The translations under genes were made by a program, and so were the position numbers. A stretch of DNA of 64,000 nt, taken from contig JBEPYN010000001.1 of the NCBI GenBank assembly GCA_041641305.1, forward strand, positions 544,001 to 608,000, written 5' to 3'. A model generated the notes under the pieces. It saw only the letters and a program-made list of their open reading frames with translations. It was not told the DNA's origin and made no database searches. How positions within the stretch are numbered: the first letter of the stretch is position 1; every line of letters begins with the position of its first letter. Of the stretch, positions 47,504-57,959 are shown one piece after another. Source of the DNA: Nitrososphaerota archaeon (lineage in GTDB: Archaea > Thermoproteota > Nitrososphaeria_A > Caldarchaeales > Caldarchaeaceae).

Positions 47504-50500
47504 CTTTCAACCCCCTCTCACGGGACCGCATGTTTTCCGCCGTCCGTGAAGGACAGCTAGAGATAGCCCACTTTCAATTCCCTCTCGCGGGATCAGATAC
47601 GTGGCAGGTTTAGGGTCTTTGGCGAGAGTCTAAACATAGGCGCTTTCAATTCCCTCTTGCGGGATCAGGACGAGTATATCGTCGAGCTCTTGGCTCTTCT
47701 CGACGCTTACTTCTACTTTCAATTCCCTCTTGCGGGATCAGACACCGCTGTGGCGGGTAGGTCGAAACGTAATCTGGATGAAGTTTGTCTCCTTTCAATT
47801 CCCTCTTGCGGGATCAGTGGGGTGGTCGTTTATGACCACCTCAACGACGACAAAGACGAACTTTCAATTCCCTCTTGCGGGATCAGCTGTTGAAGTCATT
47901 AGCCGAAGCATAATCAAAAACGTGATTATTACTTTCAATTCCCTCTTGCGGGATCAGATCTCTGCAGCTGACATAGATAAGAGATTTGTAGGCGGGGTAA
48001 CTTTCAATTCCCTCTTGCGGGATCAGTCTGATGTCTAAGTCCTGAAGATTAAGGCGGTATAGGCTTTCAATTCCCTCTTGCGGGATCAGAGATTAGCCGC
48101 TGAATATGCAGCCATGGTCTCCGCCCAGACTGGCTGGCAATATGTTTCTTTCAATTCCCTCTTGCGGGATCAGTTAGCCAGAGCTCATAGTCGGGGTCTG
48201 GCAGGGAAAAAGAGACAACACTTTCAATTCCCTCTTGCGGGATCAGATGATAATGGATGCGTGCTCGGCGTAGCTAAGGGATGCGAACCTTTCAATTCCC
48301 TCTTGCGGGATCAGGTAGCATCTCAACCAGCTCCCGGTGGTCATCGTCAGACATCGCTCGATACTTTCAATTCCCTCTTGCGGGATCAGGGACACCACTG
48401 CCTAGTGAAGATGCTGTGCGACGACTGCGGTAAAAGACTTTCAATTCCCTCTTACGGGATCAGTGAAATACAGGTGAACGTCGGCCCCCAGCTTGAGCAG
48501 ACCATATCTTTCAATTCCCTCTTACGGGATCAGGGTATATAACAATAGCACAGCCTCCATAACGGTTGACTTTCAATTCCCTCTTACGGGATCAGTGGTT
48601 TTCGAACGTTTCTGGATTACTCTGGCTCTGAACGGCGCCTGCTTTCAATTCCCTCTTACGGGATCAGTGTAGTAGCTGCAGTATGAGCTGCAGAAAGCCA
48701 TTTGGCAGGCCTTGTACTTTCAATTCCCTCTTACGGGATCAGACGTGTATCGCAAGCATTTCAGCCGACTGAATGAGGCCGACATACTGCTATCCGCAAT
48801 CTTTCAATTCCCTCTTACGGGATCAGATACATACAGCCACACGGATACAACAAGGTATTACTCGAGCTATCTTTCAATTCCCTCTTACGGGATCAGAAAA
48901 TCCAGCCTATCACCAGCCCCAAACAAAACGTTACCTGTGGCAGAAAAACTTTCAATTCCCTCTTACGGGATCAGTTTTCTTCAGCAGGCGAGGGCTGGGG
49001 CCTGGCTGGCAGGAGGCCTTTCAATTCCCTCTTACGGGATCAGCAGCGGGTTTTCGCTAGACCATGTGGAGCCATTATAGTATTGCTTTCAATTCCCTCT
49101 TACGGGATCAGAGAACCTTGTGAAAAACCACCATAGCAAGAAGCTGGTCAAGAGCTTTCAATTCCCTCTTACGGGATCAGACATCCATGTCAGTTATAAA
49201 GGCAGGCATCTCAGTTAATCTTTCAATTCCCTCTTACGGGATCAGCCGGCATGGCACCTGCACCGACACCATTTGAAAACCCAAACAACACTTTCAATTC
49301 CCTCTTACGGGATCAGATGCCTCTTAAATTTTATTACGTCGTTCATGGTGTGTGTACTTTCAATTCCCTCTTACGGGATCAGCTGTCCTATAATCCTCTT
49401 CAGCAGCTTGGATGCCAGGTCCATATCCTTTCAATTCCCTCTTACGGGATCAGTCAACCACATCCACCCTGACCATCCCCAACCTAATCTTTCAATTCCC
49501 TCTTACGGGATCAGTTAGTCTCTCTTTACAATTCCACCATTTTTCGGGGATGAAAAACTTTCAATTCCCTCTTACGGGATCAGAAATTGACGAAGAAAGT
49601 TCAGATACAGAAATAGATTATGAAGCTTTCAATTCCCTCTTACGGGATCAGTTTCTCGGAACTCCACGGTGTCTGCGTTGAATGCGTTGAGGAAAATACT
49701 TTCAATTCCCTCTTACGGGATCAGATGAGGGGGGGCGGGCTAGAGCCGCCGCCGACCCGGTGGGTCAAACTTTCAATTCCCTCTTACGGGATCAGATATG
49801 TGACCTGCCCCTTCTGCCTTGGAAACGGAAAACTAACCTTTCAATTCCCTCTTACGGGATCAGGCAAAAGAGTTTAGCTCCAGGCGGGGGGATGTGCTGT
49901 GGAGCTTTCAATTCCCTCTTACGGGATCAGATGCTAAGGTGCGACGTAATAGCGTGGTTACGTGTCGGAGGTTTTTCTTTCAATTCCCTCTTACGGGATC
50001 AGCGGATATACGATTTGGGGGCCGAATCATTACACGCGTGCTTTCAATTCCCTCTTACGGGATCAGTCACTACTTTTGGTTTGGCGTTCATGGGCGTGGA
50101 TACCACTTTCAATTCCCTCTTACGGGATCAGTTGGTTTTGGTTTGCTTTTGCATGCGGTTCCGGGGATTCCCTTTCAATTCCCTCTTACGGGATCAGGAT
50201 AATTCTTGGGGCCTCGCAGGGCGTGAGTGGGAGCTTTGGCTTTCAATTCCCTCTTACGGGATCAGTGCGAGGAACCTCGGCTGGGACATCGGCTTCGCGA
50301 AAACATTCCTTTCAATTCCCTCTTACGGGATCAGTTTCGATAAAGTTTTTATCATCGAAGGCAGAGAGTTGGCCTTTCAATTCCCTCTTACGGGATCAGA
50401 GTATCACTTTCCGCGAAGATATCCACAATATGCCAAACCTCATTTGACTTTCAATTCCCTCTTACGGGATCAGGTGGCCCGCGGCCATGTCCACTACCAC

Positions 50501-50963
50501 CTCGTCGCGCAGATAGCTTTCAATTCCCTCTTACGGGATCAGCCAAACCAAACCCTTCCCGTGTTGTTCGGATCAGCTTTCAAACTTTCAATTCCCTCTT
50601 ACGGGATCAGTAAACCCTTAGTGTCCAGCCACACCCTTGTTTCCTGTGTGTACTTTCAATTCCCTCTTACGGGATCAGGGAAGTTTGACTGTGGCTAATC
50701 CATGGGTTGATTTTTCAAGCTTTCAATTCCCTCTTACGGGATCAGGTCAAGCATCATGTCAGCCATTTACGCAGCACCTCCGGACACCATCACTTTCAAT
50801 TCCCTCTTACGGGATCAGTTGATTGTGTTGGCTTTGCTTATGCGTTTGTTGAGGTGATGTGTACTTTCAATTCCCTCTTACGGGATCAGAACCCTACTCG
50901 AGGCAGTCCACGAACTACCCTGCAACACATATGGATTCTTTCAATTCCCTCTTACGGGATCAG
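47504..50963 (-). CRISPR. CRISPR array: 49 repeats of 26 bp plus one degenerate terminal repeat
   Basis: CTTTCAATTCCCTCTT(A/G)CGGGATCAG from 47571 to 50963 (manual count); degenerate copy at 47504; spacers about 36-58 nt; minus-strand repeat ends ATTGAAAG. Confidence 0.98.
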
Positions 50964-51125
50964 TGTGTGTTTTTTCTTTGTTTTTTGAATTTTTGCGGCA
51001 TTTTGTCGCCGCTTGTTTTCAGGCTAAAAATGTTTAGAGGTGCTATTTAGGTTTATCCCACCAAATCACCCATAAAACCTTATAAACAATCAATGAAACC
51101 GCTGGGGAAAATATCTCAGCTATAA
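50964..51125 (-). promoter_or_regulatory. CRISPR leader
   Basis: AT-rich non-coding stretch at the end opposite the degenerate repeat, with TTTATAA near 51079-51086. Confidence 0.75.
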
Positions 51126-51131
51126 GCTTTG

Positions 51132-52358
51132 CTACTGTGTTCTGGGCCGGTGCCGAGTCGTCGAAACAATCGACAAAACATCCCTATCCTTTAGACGATA
51201 ATCACCCGGGAGATGAAGCCCTGTCCGCACATCAACCGCGTAAAGCAGACCCTTCTCAAGCTCCGTGTGAATGGCTCGGGCGAGGTCTTTGACGGTTGAG
51301 TTGGGAGGCATGAGATACGCGTCGGGGAGAACATTTCCAGCTCCGTCGGAGAGCTTCGCGGGATCAGACACCGGATAAACCACACTCATCGCCAAAAGCT
51401 TAAACACAGCAACATTAATCGCAAACTGCACACCCGTCCGCATATACTCGCCCAACACACGAGACTGAATAAACTCCAACGCCCTCTTCTGCTCAGGAGC
51501 CAACTTCGACTCATCAAGAATCCTGAAACTCTCCTCACCCGGAATATACTTGACAAACCCCTTCTGAACAGCCCGTCGAAGAGCAAGCTCCGCCTCAGCG
51601 CTCGCGGGAATAACCATGTAATTCGTCAAAGTATCCCTGAGAACCTCGAAATTGGCCCCCGCCGTCTCAAGATCCATCTTATTAGCCAAAACAATCATCG
51701 GTTTAGAGACCTCGAGAAGCTTCTCAGCAAATTTTCTATCCTCAAGCATCGTCCACTTCTCAAACTCCTCACCCCTAAGCCCGGTAAGACGCAGCGCAGC
51801 CTCGATATGCACCGCAGATATCTTGACACCCTGAAGAGCCTCCGCCAAAGTCTCCACAAACCCCTTCCCAGCCTTCAGGTTGCGGACAATCTTATCCTCC
51901 TGCCTATCGATAAGCCGCATCAACCACATCACAAGCTCCTCCTGAATATCGTAGAAATCAGCCAACGGGTTACCCGTACCCATCTCAGTTATCCGCCCCT
52001 CCTCATCAACACTCCCCGAAGCATCAACCACGTGAATAAGCGCATCAGCCTGAGAAGCAACCGAGAGAAACTGGTTACCAAGCCCCTTCCCAGCCCAAGC
52101 ACCCTTAATCAAACCCGGCAAATCAATAATCTCAACAGGAAGATGCCGATACCCATCTATGCAAAGCGAGTTCCGCGGATTATCAGTCACGTTAAACTCT
52201 CTACAAACACAGGGAGTAATGGCATAGGTTGTCCCATAGTTGGGCTGCTTGGTGGTGAACGGATAAGTCGAGATCTCGGCATACTGAAGAGTAGCAGCGT
52301 TGAAAAACGTCGTCTTACCCGTGTTGGTCTTACCTATCAGCCCTATGCGAACAGTCAT
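51132..52358 (-). CDS. ychF: OBG-family YchF-like NTPase with TGS domain
   Basis: GKTNTGKTT, YPFTT, DLPGLIKGA..GKGLGNQFL, ANKMD. Confidence 0.92.
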   Translation of the reverse strand: MTVRIGLIGKTNTGKTTFFNAATLQYAEISTYPFTTKQPNYGTTYAITPCVCREFNVTDNPRNSLCIDGYRHLPVEIIDLPGLIKGAWAGKGLGNQFLSVASQADALIHVVDASGSVDEEGRITEMGTGNPLADFYDIQEELVMWLMRLIDRQEDKIVRNLKAGKGFVETLAEALQGVKISAVHIEAALRLTGLRGEEFEKWTMLEDRKFAEKLLEVSKPMIVLANKMDLETAGANFEVLRDTLTNYMVIPASAEAELALRRAVQKGFVKYIPGEESFRILDESKLAPEQKRALEFIQSRVLGEYMRTGVQFAINVAVFKLLAMSVVYPVSDPAKLSDGAGNVLPDAYLMPPNSTVKDLARAIHTELEKGLLYAVDVRTGLHLPGDYRLKDRDVLSIVSTTRHRPRTQ

Positions 52359-52402
52359 CTAACCCCAACACCATATAACATACCGCTCTGTCAAAAACTT
52401 TA

Positions 52403-53275
52403 TCACACCACCCTGTCAAACCTCTTCAAAACCATAGGAAGCATATGTATAACATCCTCGGCAGTAATGTGCAGACCCAATTTCTCTGCAGCCGCCACAC
52501 CAGCAAGGCCGTTGGCAACAGCCGCTGCGACAGCCGCCTGAAAAGGCGAAACCATCCGCGCGAGAAAACCAGCAACAACACCCGTCAAAACATCACCTGT
52601 GCCACCGACCGTCATCGCGGAAGAAAGAGGCTGCTTCCTATTCACAACAACTTCCACACCATCAGACACCACGTCAACATGACCCTTCAGCAAAACCGTT
52701 ACACCATGAAGCTTAGCCATCCTAAACACGCTCTCAACCCTCTCCTCAACCGTGGAACCCGGCTCCTCACCAAATAGACGCTTAAACTCACCAGCATGCG
52801 GCGTCACAACAGCCCTCGCACCACGGAGATGCAAAAGAACATCGCTGAACAAAGCGGTCGCATCAAGCACAACAGCAATCTCCCTTTCAATAAGAAGCCG
52901 AACAAGCTTAACCACACCCTTCTCACATCCCCCCGCAAGACCCGGGCCAATAGCCGCAGCGTTCACGTTATCAAGCACCTTCGTAATCCTGTCAACAGAC
53001 TTCGACGTCAGCTTGTAGTCATGCAACGGCAGCACAATAAGCGAGGGAGAGAGAGCCCTTATCGCGGTAGCGACTTTCTCCGGCGCGGCTGTGTAAACAA
53101 GGTCTACACCTGTCCGCATAGCGGCCATAGAGACGAGGAAAGGCGCTCCATGATAAAGCCAGCTCCCCCCAACAACGAGAACAACACCGTTATCACCTTT
53201 CCTCGACCAAGCCCGCCGCGGAACACAACCCCTTGCAAGGTCCTCCTCAACCGCCTCCCGCCAAGAAACAGCCAC
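52403..53275 (-). CDS. nnrD: ADP-dependent NAD(P)H-hydrate dehydratase
   Basis: KGDNG.VLVVGGS..YHGAP, IGPGL, TPHAGEF, GGTGDVL.G. Confidence 0.93.
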   Translation of the reverse strand: MAVSWREAVEEDLARGCVPRRAWSRKGDNGVVLVVGGSWLYHGAPFLVSMAAMRTGVDLVYTAAPEKVATAIRALSPSLIVLPLHDYKLTSKSVDRITKVLDNVNAAAIGPGLAGGCEKGVVKLVRLLIEREIAVVLDATALFSDVLLHLRGARAVVTPHAGEFKRLFGEEPGSTVEERVESVFRMAKLHGVTVLLKGHVDVVSDGVEVVVNRKQPLSSAMTVGGTGDVLTGVVAGFLARMVSPFQAAVAAAVANGLAGVAAAEKLGLHITAEDVIHMLPMVLKRFDRVV

Positions 53276-53322
53276 GTCATCAACATCTTTAACCGGCTAA
53301 AAAATCTAAGAATCGCCAGCAC

Positions 53323-54084
53323 ATGGAACAGGACGAGGTCTATCTCCTGGGCGGAGGAGTTTACGCCGTCACGGCGGCGGCGAGACTCAGCCGCGAAGGC
53401 CACAAAGTCAACCTCATAGCCGTGAGCAGGAGGCTCGGCGTTTTCCCCTTCACAGTACTCCCGCAGCAGTTTTTTGCCGAATTTCACCTTAATTCCGCAA
53501 AACACATAGAAGCCTCAATTACCACATCGGAGATAGAGGACGAGAAATTTGAGCTGAGCGAAAATCTGTATGTCTGCCGCACAACACCATTATTAGAGGA
53601 GTTGGTGAAGCTCCACAACATCGGCTACACATCTAAACCACCTCACTCAGCCAAAACAATCAACTGCATAGGAACAACGTGGAAAGAGATACGCTGCATG
53701 CAAACACTCGAAACAGCGGACACTGCGAAAAACATTCTGAAGATAAAACCGGAACCCGGAAAACAGATATCCATCACCTACTACTTCAACGGCCTCGCCA
53801 TCAAAACAACATACACAAAAGCAAAAACATTGACCGAGAAAAATGTGCTGGCCTCGGTCGAGAGAGCGACGGCCTTCACACATCCCGAAACCATGGAGAC
53901 AACGCCAACAATTTCCTTTCTGGGGCCTGATTATGGGGAATGGCGGCCAAACATAGACGAGGCCCTGGCCGAGGCTATGGAGCTTGAGCGGCTCCTATAC
54001 ACAGGCTTGGAGCCGGCGCGACTTAACGTTTTTATCGAGCGAATAATCATAAACCACGCGAAAAGAGGCGAACAACATGGTTGA
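53323..54084 (+). CDS. Hypothetical protein with N-terminal dinucleotide-binding-like motif
   Basis: VYLLGGGVYAVTAAARLSREGHKVNLI; the remainder is unrecognised; overlaps the alba start. Confidence 0.65.
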   Translation: MEQDEVYLLGGGVYAVTAAARLSREGHKVNLIAVSRRLGVFPFTVLPQQFFAEFHLNSAKHIEASITTSEIEDEKFELSENLYVCRTTPLLEELVKLHNIGYTSKPPHSAKTINCIGTTWKEIRCMQTLETADTAKNILKIKPEPGKQISITYYFNGLAIKTTYTKAKTLTEKNVLASVERATAFTHPETMETTPTISFLGPDYGEWRPNIDEALAEAMELERLLYTGLEPARLNVFIERIIINHAKRGEQHG

Positions 54085-54367
54085 AGACTCCATCGTCCTC
54101 GTGGGAAGGAAGCCGACAATGAACTACGTGCTGGCGACGACTTTGCCCCTCGCAGAAGGCAGAAGAGTAGTCCTGAAGGCGCGTGGGAGAGCAATAGCCA
54201 AAGCAGTAGACGTCGTCGAAGTTGTCCGAAGACGTTTTGTCCAAAACGCTGTAGTCGAAAAAATAAGCATCGGAACAGAGGAGGGCAAAGTCGGAAACGA
54301 CGGCAGACAGCGAAACGTCAGCACCATAGAAATAATACTGAGCCAGCCTAAAACCTCGAAGAAGTAG
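54077..54367 (+). CDS. albA: Chromatin protein Alba
   Basis: VGRKPTMNYVLA, LKARGRAIAKAVDV.E, VSTIEI.L. Confidence 0.96.
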   Translation: MVEDSIVLVGRKPTMNYVLATTLPLAEGRRVVLKARGRAIAKAVDVVEVVRRRFVQNAVVEKISIGTEEGKVGNDGRQRNVSTIEIILSQPKTSKK

Positions 54368-54431
54368 GCAAAGCCCGGACAACTCCGGGTTCATTATATT
54401 TTTATTATATAACAGATTGCATTACTTTAGG

Positions 54432-55067
54432 GTGTTGGCTGAGAGGTCTACGGATTCTGTGTGGGTTGTCTGCAACAAATGTGGAGCGAAAACACTCAAA
54501 GGCCGCTTTTGTATGAAATGCGGCGCACCTCTCACCCAATACACCGCGGCACATTATCACTACCGCTTTAGGGTTGATGTTTTGGGCGAGAAGAATGTGG
54601 GGAAGACATCTTTGATAGAGAAGCTGGTGTCTTCAAGCAATGTGAGCGCAGACCTGGGCTCGACCACATCGGGAGGCTGGATTATAGGGAATGCAGAGGT
54701 GGTCATCGACTTCAGGGAGTCGGACGTAATGCATGCCTCTCTCGATGATAAAACTGACACCGCTGTTCTGGTCTTTGATTTAGGCAACCGCCGCAGCTTC
54801 TTGAAATGCCTTTACTTCCTCCAAAAGTTGAAAACTCTCCCAAATCCTCCCCCCGCTTTCCTAGTGGTTAACATGAAAGACGAGACAGCAGACAGAGAGG
54901 TTAATCAGCAGGAAGCCGTTGAGATGGCCAAGTCGTATGGATTAACCTTCTTAGAGGTATCTACTTCAACAGGCCATAACATCGATAAGCTGCGGAAAGA
55001 GCTTATAAGGAGGCTTCTCAACAAAAAGCTAGAGCAAGTCCGAAGGTTGTTGAGCGATGGTCAGTGA
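54432..55067 (+). CDS. Ras/Rab-like small GTPase with N-terminal Zn ribbon
   Basis: CNKCG...FCMKCG; GEKNVGKTS; LVFDL.NRRSF; NMKD; LEVSTSTGHNI. Confidence 0.75.
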   Translation: MLAERSTDSVWVVCNKCGAKTLKGRFCMKCGAPLTQYTAAHYHYRFRVDVLGEKNVGKTSLIEKLVSSSNVSADLGSTTSGGWIIGNAEVVIDFRESDVMHASLDDKTDTAVLVFDLGNRRSFLKCLYFLQKLKTLPNPPPAFLVVNMKDETADREVNQQEAVEMAKSYGLTFLEVSTSTGHNIDKLRKELIRRLLNKKLEQVRRLLSDGQ

Positions 55068-56079
55068 TTCGTTGATCAGGAGACCGAGTGTCGAATCCTT
55101 TGTTAGAAATCTGGAGGCTACAGGGGTTGAATCGGTGGACCCAGTCTTCGAAAATACATCTTATCGTTATCCGCTTGCTGAGGAGTATTTTGGAGAGGAT
55201 GCCGAAACCGTTCTTGAAGAGTTGGCGCAGCTGGGCATCTTCGAGAAAAGGCTGATTGACTCAGCTCTGATGTGTCCAGACTGTGGCACGCTCGCCCAGG
55301 TTCTCAAACCAGTTTGCCCAACATGCAGCTCCGGCCGGCTGGTTAAGGGCAACGTTATTGAACACCTGCTTTGCGGATATGTTGACTTTGAGCACGAGTT
55401 TCTGCGGCAGGGCTTCAAATGCATCAAATGTGGAAAAGAGCTTAAAACACTTGGGGTAGATTACCGTAGAGCCGGAGTCTTTTACAAATGCATGTCCTGC
55501 GGCAGAGTCACAGCGATTCCGGTGAAGAGATGCATTTGCGGTCACTGCGGAAGAGCAAGCACGGAGGAGGAGCTACATCTCAAATCCGTTTATAGCTATG
55601 TTGTGGTCAGAGAAAAATTCGCTGTTCTCAAGGGAGTATTTTTCGACCTCTCCCCACTCATCACACTCATCGAGTCGAACGGCTACGTCGTCGAGTCTCC
55701 CGCAAAAGTTGTCGGAGTGTCCGGTGTGGTGCATGAGTTTACACTCTATGCAAGCAAACCCGGTGCGCCTGCCTCTACAAGCCTCGCTGTCGACATCGTC
55801 CGAGAAGTAGACGACATCAAGTTGTTTGAATTCTTCACAAAAACTTTCGACGTCAAAGCTGGGGCAGCTTTACTTCTCTGCCTAAGCAATACCGATGAGA
55901 AGGCCAGAAAGCTTGCGCAAACCTTTAACATACAGATGCTCGAGTTCTCATCGCCTGACGAACTTGTCGAAAAATCCAAACCATACATCGCCAAAATACT
56001 TGAAAAGTTGAGTAAAAAGGAGTTAGCCGATGAAGCTAATTACCTTGAAGAGCTACTGAAGAAATTAGACAAAGTTTAA
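55057..56079 (+). CDS. TackOD1-like multi-Zn-finger protein with C-terminal PD-(D/E)xK-like domain
   Basis: CPDCG...CPTCSS..L....IEHLLCGY...C.KCGKELKTLGVDY...C..C..C.HC; GVSGVVHEF motif. Confidence 0.7.
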   Translation: MVSDSLIRRPSVESFVRNLEATGVESVDPVFENTSYRYPLAEEYFGEDAETVLEELAQLGIFEKRLIDSALMCPDCGTLAQVLKPVCPTCSSGRLVKGNVIEHLLCGYVDFEHEFLRQGFKCIKCGKELKTLGVDYRRAGVFYKCMSCGRVTAIPVKRCICGHCGRASTEEELHLKSVYSYVVVREKFAVLKGVFFDLSPLITLIESNGYVVESPAKVVGVSGVVHEFTLYASKPGAPASTSLAVDIVREVDDIKLFEFFTKTFDVKAGAALLLCLSNTDEKARKLAQTFNIQMLEFSSPDELVEKSKPYIAKILEKLSKKELADEANYLEELLKKLDKV

Positions 56080-56107
56080 ACGGATGTAGAGGCCGCTTAA
56101 TCCGCAG

Positions 56108-57154
56108 ATGGTCTTTAATGGTAGAGGTCTTCTTCCACCTGTATTTCTCAATCTTTTGATTGGATTGTTAGCCGGCGCTTCGAGGATGGGGCTTCTACCC
56201 ATGCTTGTATCCAACGCTGTTCAAAACCATGGTGCACTCATGATGATGGGGTTCATATCCGGCATAATAGTCGTGGAACGCGCCAACACATTAAAGGACC
56301 CGTTTCTGACAGCGGCGTCCATCGCCTTCCCCGCTGGCGGGTTTTTGCTCATCGCCGGCATAGACTTCGCCGCATACTATGCATGGTTCTTCGGCTCACT
56401 GCTCTTCGTCATGTGGTCTGTGAGCTTTCTTGCAAAGTATAGAGGCAGGTATTCTGGCTTTTTCTTTCTCTTCTCATCTTTTCTCAACTTCTTAGGTGTA
56501 TGTTTCTACGCCTTCGGCTATCCAGCCACCTTCTATGTGTATAGCTGGGTGGGCTTCATCGTGTGCTTCATATGCGGTGAGCGGATGGATATGCTTCAGA
56601 TATCGAGGCCCAGCAGCCTCTCCCGTCTGGCAGCTTTTGCGTCGCCGGCCGCCGCCTTAGCAGGCGTCATCTTGGTCCGGAAAGAGCTTATGGCCCTGTT
56701 TTTCCTTCTTCTGTTGCTTGCCGTGACGCGGCACGACCTTGCCATAAGAATGTATAGAAGGCCGGGTTTCAGCCGATTTCTATCCATAGGGGTAATCACT
56801 GCCTACGCTTGGCTAACCGCTGCGGTCCCCATATGGACCTTGTCATCCTCGTGGGACGCGATGCTTCACACAATATTCCTCGGCTTTGTGGGCACGATGA
56901 TTCTGGCCCACGGGCCCGTCGTCTTACCAGCCGTACTGAAAATCAAACACTTTTTCAGCCCACTCCTCTACATACCCTTCATCATACTACAGACGTCCAC
57001 CATCCTACGCATCTGGTCGGGCGTCTTCATCCGCGTCGATGCATGGGCCTTATCCGGGCTGGCCACAATCTCCGCAGTAGCAATTTACGTCTTACTCGCG
57101 TTCTCAACCAACGTCGTAAAGAAAACCTTTTTGAAAAATCGTTTACCTTCCTGA
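56108..57154 (+). CDS. NnrS-like membrane protein
   Basis: HGALMMMGF...I..ERA, I.GER, HTIFLGFVGTMI.AH.P. Confidence 0.65.
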   Translation: MVFNGRGLLPPVFLNLLIGLLAGASRMGLLPMLVSNAVQNHGALMMMGFISGIIVVERANTLKDPFLTAASIAFPAGGFLLIAGIDFAAYYAWFFGSLLFVMWSVSFLAKYRGRYSGFFFLFSSFLNFLGVCFYAFGYPATFYVYSWVGFIVCFICGERMDMLQISRPSSLSRLAAFASPAAALAGVILVRKELMALFFLLLLLAVTRHDLAIRMYRRPGFSRFLSIGVITAYAWLTAAVPIWTLSSSWDAMLHTIFLGFVGTMILAHGPVVLPAVLKIKHFFSPLLYIPFIILQTSTILRIWSGVFIRVDAWALSGLATISAVAIYVLLAFSTNVVKKTFLKNRLPS

Positions 57155-57157
57155 AAC

Positions 57158-57952
57158 ATGGTCTTGCGAGGTGAGACTGTCTCATCCATTCTCGCAATAG
57201 CCTCGATAGTGTTGATTCTCATCGAGTATTTTGTCCCTCTTAGCTTTGACCAGCTTGTCACGATAATGGCCTTGGATGGGTTGATTGTGCTCTATCTTGG
57301 CGTGGACCTTGTTAGACGTGCGAGGGCCTCCGGTAATTTGGCCAACTATGTGAGGAGGAGATGGTATGAGGTGGTTGCTCTGGTTCCTATGTTTGCACTG
57401 TATCTGCTTGAGACGCAGACCATTGTTGGAGCGGTGTTGAGAGGCTTTAGGCTTACGCGGCTCCTGAGGCTTTTGCTGGTGACCGCTAGGACGCGGAAAA
57501 CGTTGATACATTTTCTCGAGGTTGTTTCAGTCAGTCGCCTCATCTACCTCCTACTTGTCTCGGCCATCGTGGTTTTCACGGGAACGATCTCGGCATACCT
57601 GTTGGAGGTAGGTGTTGAAGGCTCCAAGATAAGAGACATCGGCGACGCATTTTGGTGGGCGTTGGCAACCGTGACAACGGTTGGATACGGTGACGTTGTC
57701 CCGGTCACGGTGGCTGGACGGGTTGTCGGCTCCGTCCTGATGGTGACGGGAATAGCGATACTGGGCGTCTTCATCTCCTCACTCGGCTCAGCCCTCCTAC
57801 TCGAGCGTGCTGCCCAGAAATCATCAAGCGATGAGCTCAAAGAAATCTTGAAAAAGAAAATAGACATGTTGGAGAACCTCAGCGAAGAGGAGTTGAACCA
57901 GCTGGTCGGGTTGATAAAGGTGTTACACGGGACTTCTCCACGTCGTAGGTAA
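57158..57952 (+). CDS. Voltage-gated potassium channel (6TM, KvAP-like)
   Basis: S4 RGFRLTRLLRLL; filter WWALATVTTVGYGD. Confidence 0.93.
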   Translation: MVLRGETVSSILAIASIVLILIEYFVPLSFDQLVTIMALDGLIVLYLGVDLVRRARASGNLANYVRRRWYEVVALVPMFALYLLETQTIVGAVLRGFRLTRLLRLLLVTARTRKTLIHFLEVVSVSRLIYLLLVSAIVVFTGTISAYLLEVGVEGSKIRDIGDAFWWALATVTTVGYGDVVPVTVAGRVVGSVLMVTGIAILGVFISSLGSALLLERAAQKSSSDELKEILKKKIDMLENLSEEELNQLVGLIKVLHGTSPRRR

Positions 57953-57959
57953 CACCGAT

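Noticed and set aside
47571-50963. Self-targeting spacers within the window
   Set aside because: No convincing full-length match found by eye; only short chance similarities.
47657-51050. ORFs with repeating FNSLLRDQ, FQFPLTGS or LSIPSYGI
   Set aside because: They are translations of CRISPR repeats, not genes.
51807-53419. Long antisense ORFs over ychF and nnrD (and similar shadows over ttrA, cdc48, nrdJ, the aminotransferase)
   Set aside because: They are shadows of well-supported genes, favoured by skewed codon usage, and carry no motifs.
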